Assembly: GCA_045863335.1 (NCBI GenBank)
Contig: BTVY01000001.1
Span: 40,571 to 104,570, forward strand
DNA: 64,000 nucleotides
DNA from: Candidatus Hydrogenedentota bacterium
Lineage (GTDB): Bacteria; Hydrogenedentota; Hydrogenedentia; Hydrogenedentales; SLHB01
Direction: 5' to 3'
In this document: positions 60,021 to 64,000 of the stretch, one piece after another
How positions within the stretch are numbered: the first letter of the stretch is position 1
Layout of the letters: each line of letters begins with the position of its first letter
Notes under the pieces: generated by a model
Told to the model about the DNA's origin: nothing
Database searches by the model: none
The model's input: the letters and a program-made list of their open reading frames with translations, nothing else
Position numbers and translations under genes: made by a program

Positions 60021-61355
60021 CTATGTCGTCAGGGCTGGCGTCTCAATGAGCGAACCCAGCGCAAAATCGCCCTTGAGTTCGTCGAGCCGCACGTCCCGCA
60101 CTTCGTTAACGAGTTCTTCCTTGGAACGAACCGCCACCCGGATGTAATTCCCGGTATAACCCGACCAGAACCCGTTTTCCTGGTGCTCGAAAAGCACTTC
60201 CACGGTTTGGCCCAGTCGCGCAGCGTAGAACGCCCGCCGCTTCGCGTCGCTCAAGCGGCGAACCGCCGCGCTCCGCCGGTTCATCGTTTGCGGGTCCACC
60301 TTCTCCGCGTACCGCGACGCGGGCGTGCCCTTCCGCTCCGAGTATTTGAAGACGTGCGCGTAGGCAATCGGACTGTCCTCGATCAAGCGGAAGGTCTCCA
60401 TGAAATCCTCGTCGGTCTCGCCAGGCGACCCTACGAGAACGTCGGTGCCAATACACAGTTCCGGCACGGAGGCATCCGCCAACTCGATAAACGCCATGAA
60501 CTCCTCGCGCGAATATCGCCGCTTCATCAATTCCAGCACCCGGTTCGAACCGGACTGCAACGGAATGTGCAGATACGGAACCAGCGCATGATGCGAAACC
60601 GCCATGCGCTCGAAAAGCCCTTCGGGGATCGTCGTCGGCTCGATGGAGCTGATGCGAATCCGCTCGACGCCGTCCAGCGCGTTCAAGCGATCAACCACAT
60701 CGACGATACTCTGTCCCTCGTACGCGTAGGTGCCCACGTTGACGCCCGTCAGCACGAGTTCCTTCGCGCCGCGGTCCAGCAACTGCCGCGCGTCGTCCAG
60801 CAGATTGTCCATAGCCCGGCTGCGCGCGCGGCCGCGGGCAAAGGGGATGATGCAAAAGCTGCACATGAAGTCGCAGCCGTCCTGAATCTTCAGGTTCGCG
60901 CGCCGCGTGACTTCTCCATTGCCAACGATCTCCATCGTGAAATCGTCGCGCTCGATCCGGTCCCGCACAATGAGCGGCGCGTCGTTCTTCCCCGCCGCCA
61001 CGTAGTCCAGCACGCTCAACTTTTCCTGATTGCCCACGATGAGATCGACGCCTTCGATCTCCGACAGCGCCTTGTACCCCATCTGCGAGTAGCACCCGAT
61101 CACCGCCGTGTACGCGCCGGGATTCTTTCGAATAAACGACCGTACCAGTTGCCGCGACTTTGCATCGGCCTCTCCGGTCACCGTGCAGGTATTGATGATG
61201 CCGAGGTCCGCCGGTTCGCCAAAGGGCACGACGTCGTACCCCTCGGCTTCGAGACGCTCGACGATGAGGCTCGATTCCGACTGGTTCAACCGGCAGCCAA
61301 GCGTGTGCACAGAAGCGCGCCGCGGCTGACCGCGATGTGGGGGACAATGACTCAT
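60021..61355 (-). CDS. mtaB: tRNA t6A37 methylthiotransferase MtaB
   Basis: TLGCRLNQSES, INTCTVT, radical SAM QDGCDFMCSFC, RISSIEP, TRAM domain. Confidence 0.92.
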   Translation of the reverse strand: MSHCPPHRGQPRRASVHTLGCRLNQSESSLIVERLEAEGYDVVPFGEPADLGIINTCTVTGEADAKSRQLVRSFIRKNPGAYTAVIGCYSQMGYKALSEIEGVDLIVGNQEKLSVLDYVAAGKNDAPLIVRDRIERDDFTMEIVGNGEVTRRANLKIQDGCDFMCSFCIIPFARGRARSRAMDNLLDDARQLLDRGAKELVLTGVNVGTYAYEGQSIVDVVDRLNALDGVERIRISSIEPTTIPEGLFERMAVSHHALVPYLHIPLQSGSNRVLELMKRRYSREEFMAFIELADASVPELCIGTDVLVGSPGETDEDFMETFRLIEDSPIAYAHVFKYSERKGTPASRYAEKVDPQTMNRRSAAVRRLSDAKRRAFYAARLGQTVEVLFEHQENGFWSGYTGNYIRVAVRSKEELVNEVRDVRLDELKGDFALGSLIETPALTT

Positions 61356-61440
61356 GGTTCGACAGGGATGCTCTATTGCCTGTATGCCCAGTACAACTCT
61401 CCGCGCTTAATGATACACTTCGAATGCCACTCATTTCCCG

Positions 61441-61608
61441 AAGAACATCCCCCTTGATCCCCCTTCAAAGGGGGAATGGCTTGTTCTTCGTTCTCAGAAG
61501 TTGCCGAGTGACTCTGACCTACGTGACGTGCACCCAGCATCTCTAATCCGCAACGCAAAGTGTTGCGATATTTTCCCCCTTTGAAGGGGGATCAAGGGGG
61601 ATGTTCCC
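61441..61608 (-). repeat. 37-bp-TIR element, copy 4 (168 bp, reverse orientation)
   Basis: Arms 61441-61477 and 61572-61608; hairpin CGCAACGC-AAA-GTGTTGCG at 61549-61567. Confidence 0.95.
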
Positions 61609-61640
61609 TAAGAGAATTGGATTGACTATCGAACGATCTA

Positions 61641-63122
61641 CTATTTCACAACGCCGGCCTCGCGCCGTATCCATTCCGACAGCATGCGCACGCCGTAGCC
61701 GGTCGCGTGCTTCGGGTTCAGGTACGGGATGTTCTTCCCGCCCCAGGCCGTACCCGCAATGTCGATATGCGCCCACGGCGTGTCGCCCACGAATTCCTTC
61801 AGGAAACAGCCACCGATGATTGTACCAGCTTCGCGGGCCGGACCGATATTGCTGAGGTCCCCGTGCGTCCCTTCGATGAGTTTGCAGTAGTCGTCCCACA
61901 GGGGAAGCCGCCAGATCCGCTCGCCCGTCGCGTCAGCCACGGCCTGCAACGACGCATACAGCGCGTCGTCCGTGCTCATTACACCCGCGGCGTAATGACC
62001 CAGCGCCACGATCGCCGCTCCCGTCAACGTGGCGAGGTCCACCATCTTGTCGGGCTGATAGTGCTCCACAGCATACGCCATGGCATCCGCGAGAATGAGC
62101 CGCCCTTCGGCGTCGGTGTTGTTCACTTCGATGGTCTTGCCGTTGTAGGCCCGCACGATGTCGCCCGGCTTCTGCGCGCGCGATCCGACCACGTTCTCCG
62201 CGGCCGGCGCCACGCACACCACGTTAATCGGCGGCCGCGTCTGCACGACGGTACGCATCGCGCCCAAGACCGCCGCCGCGCCGCACATGTCGAACTTCAT
62301 CTCTTCCATGCCCTGCGATGGCTTGATGCTCACCCCGCCGGTGTCAAAGGTGACCCCCTTGCCCACGATGGCCAGGGTCGGCGCTTCGGGTTCGCAGTGG
62401 TACGAGAGGATGATGATCTTCGCCGGTTCCGTCGCGCCGCGCGTCACGCCGAGCAGCGCGTTCATGCCGAGTTCCAGCATGCGGCCTTCGTCGATGAAAT
62501 CGTAGGTGCAGCACTCGTGATGTTCGGCGATGCTCCGCGCTTCGAAGGCCAGTTGCCCCGGCGTCAGATCGTTGGAGGATCGATTGCCCAGGTCCCGCGC
62601 CCAGTTCGCGTTTTCACAGACCGACACCGCGTGACGGCACCGCTCTTTCGCCGCGTCATCACCGCCGAGCAGGACAAACTGCGACACCGATACCGCCGGG
62701 TTCTCCTCCGACGGCTTCTTATATTTCTCAAACCGGTACTGGCCGAGCACGATGCCTTCGAGCAGCGCTTCACAGGGCCAACTGGAATTGGACAGATCGA
62801 CCGCACACATCTCTACGCGATGGCGGCCCAGCGCTTCGACCGCCTTGCCGCCCGCGCGCCGGAGCTGCTCCGCGTCAACGGCGTCCTTGCCAAGACCGAC
62901 GAGCACCACGCAGGCCAACCCATCCGCCGCCGCGGGAAATGCGAACACATCACCCGCCTTGCCCTTAAACAAACCGGACTCCAAGGCCGGCGTCGCCACC
63001 CGCGCATCCGCCTCGGACAACCGCGCCGAAACCGGCCCGCTATGCCCCTCCGCCACCGGGACCACCAGCGCCGCCGGCCCGTCCGCCGTCAACGTCTCCG
63101 CAATCTGTACTTCCAATTCCAT
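61641..63122 (-). CDS. pepA: Leucyl aminopeptidase (M17)
   Basis: VGKGVTFDTGG, MKFDMCGAA, NTDAEGRL.LAD, ATLTGA, HIDIAG. Confidence 0.95.
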   Translation of the reverse strand: MELEVQIAETLTADGPAALVVPVAEGHSGPVSARLSEADARVATPALESGLFKGKAGDVFAFPAAADGLACVVLVGLGKDAVDAEQLRRAGGKAVEALGRHRVEMCAVDLSNSSWPCEALLEGIVLGQYRFEKYKKPSEENPAVSVSQFVLLGGDDAAKERCRHAVSVCENANWARDLGNRSSNDLTPGQLAFEARSIAEHHECCTYDFIDEGRMLELGMNALLGVTRGATEPAKIIILSYHCEPEAPTLAIVGKGVTFDTGGVSIKPSQGMEEMKFDMCGAAAVLGAMRTVVQTRPPINVVCVAPAAENVVGSRAQKPGDIVRAYNGKTIEVNNTDAEGRLILADAMAYAVEHYQPDKMVDLATLTGAAIVALGHYAAGVMSTDDALYASLQAVADATGERIWRLPLWDDYCKLIEGTHGDLSNIGPAREAGTIIGGCFLKEFVGDTPWAHIDIAGTAWGGKNIPYLNPKHATGYGVRMLSEWIRREAGVVK

Positions 63123-63203
63123 TTCAGAGCCCCACCTCTCTTACTGGACCAACGATAATTCGCAATGATCGAAAAAGCTCCATGAGCGCTCGCACAGAGC
63201 TGA

Positions 63204-63370
63204 AGAAACATCCCCCTTGATCCCCCTTCAAAGGGGGAATTTGGATATCCTCATCTATGGTTAATTGCACGTGGATCTGGTCAAAAAATGGGTTGCCGCT
63301 CTGTCCAATCCACAACGCAACGCGTTGTTCCCAATTCCCCCTTTGAAGGGGGATCAAGGGGGATGTTCTT
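63204..63370 (-). repeat. 37-bp-TIR element, copy 5 (167 bp), downstream flank of the DUF559 gene
   Basis: Arms 63204-63240 and 63334-63370; hairpin ACAACGC-AAC-GCGTTGT at 63312-63328. Confidence 0.95.
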
Positions 63371-63387
63371 AAGTGCCAACCGATAGA

Positions 63388-63774
63388 TCATGTATCGGCA
63401 GCTTCAATATCTTCAAGAACACCCCTAATCTCGTCAATCACGCTTCTCACGTTGTCCAGCACGTGTGTATCACGAAAACGCATTACACGAATCCCGAGAG
63501 CATTCAGTCGCTTGTCTTTGCTCCCATCGCGAGCGTATGCGTCAAGCTCGTCATGGCTGGAACCGTCAATCTCAATTGCGAGCGCTCGTTCATGACAAAA
63601 GAAGTCGACGATGTATTCATCTATCGGAACCTGGCGGTGAAACTCGCAACCTAGCGATTTTCCCTTCAGCGAGCGCCAGAGTACGATCTCCGCGAAAGTA
63701 CTGTTCTTCCGCAACCCGCGCGCCAACGAGCGCAGCTTAGGGTCGTATACTACTATCGGATTGCGCTTCGACAT
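63388..63774 (-). CDS. Stand-alone DUF559 (Vsr-like, PD-(D/E)XK fold) endonuclease-domain protein
   Basis: ARGLRKNSTFAEIVLW, FHRQVPIDEYIVDFFC, IEIDGSSH, DKRLNALGIRVMRF; ATG at 63774 (ORF extends to a TTG at 63804). Confidence 0.9.
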   Translation of the reverse strand: MSKRNPIVVYDPKLRSLARGLRKNSTFAEIVLWRSLKGKSLGCEFHRQVPIDEYIVDFFCHERALAIEIDGSSHDELDAYARDGSKDKRLNALGIRVMRFRDTHVLDNVRSVIDEIRGVLEDIEAADT

Positions 63775-63829
63775 CAGCTCGCACGCATCCCGTCTCTTGA
63801 CCAAAAATCAAAGCCCTATCGAAATGCAA

Positions 63830-63997
63830 AACAACATCCCCCTTGATCCCCCTTCAAAGGGGGAATCAGTCGCAACGCGTTGCGTTGCGGTTCAGGGATG
63901 CTCGATGTTTTTTCGTAGGCCAACATCACTCGGCAACCACCCAAAACTACGATAAGCGCAATTCCCCCTTTGAAGGGGGATCAAGGGGGATGTTCTT
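63830..63997 (+). repeat. 37-bp-TIR element, copy 6 (168 bp), upstream flank of the DUF559 gene
   Basis: Arms 63830-63866 and 63961-63997; hairpin CGCAACGC-GTT-GCGTTGCG at 63871-63889. Confidence 0.95.
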
Positions 63998-64000
63998 AAG

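Noticed and set aside
12619-63997. 37-bp repeats with variable spacers as a CRISPR array
   Set aside because: The repeats are inverted pairs dispersed over 51 kb, the spacers are about 93 nt and mutually homologous, and no cas genes are present.
1-64000. tRNA, rRNA, integrase or transposase genes
   Set aside because: None was recognised by eye; the boundary of the left-end island shows no att-like repeat within the window.

Overview
GC-rich bacterial chromosomal window with about 45 protein genes. No rRNA, tRNA or CRISPR array was seen. A PEP-CTERM protein, Pal/CpoB, Tat-exported sugar enzymes and DapL suggest a diderm, polysaccharide-degrading organism. Contents in order: (1) the end of a lower-GC three-gene cassette (ORC/CDC6-like ATPase, unknown protein, DNA methyltransferase), probably a defence island; (2) sugar uptake and secreted enzymes; (3) a hexuronate/gluconate cluster (uxuB-like SDR, LarA-family epimerase, PPi-type Pfk, gnd); (4) a purO-AAA-TPR-purB-dagK operon; (5) UDP-GlcNAc, pal-cpoB and dapL genes; (6) a czcCBA-type efflux operon; (7) glycoside hydrolases; (8) a sigma54/PEP-CTERM signalling module in which the kinase, the receiver and the GGDEF domain are all degenerate; (9) larE, mtaB and pepA. 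The most striking signal is non-coding: six dispersed copies of a 162-168 bp element with 37-bp terminal inverted repeats, a fixed-length variable spacer and a covarying internal hairpin. Two of these copies tightly bracket a stand-alone DUF559 (Vsr-like) endonuclease gene, an arrangement reminiscent of REPIN-RAYT systems but with a different enzyme. All calls come from reading motifs by eye; no database searches were run.
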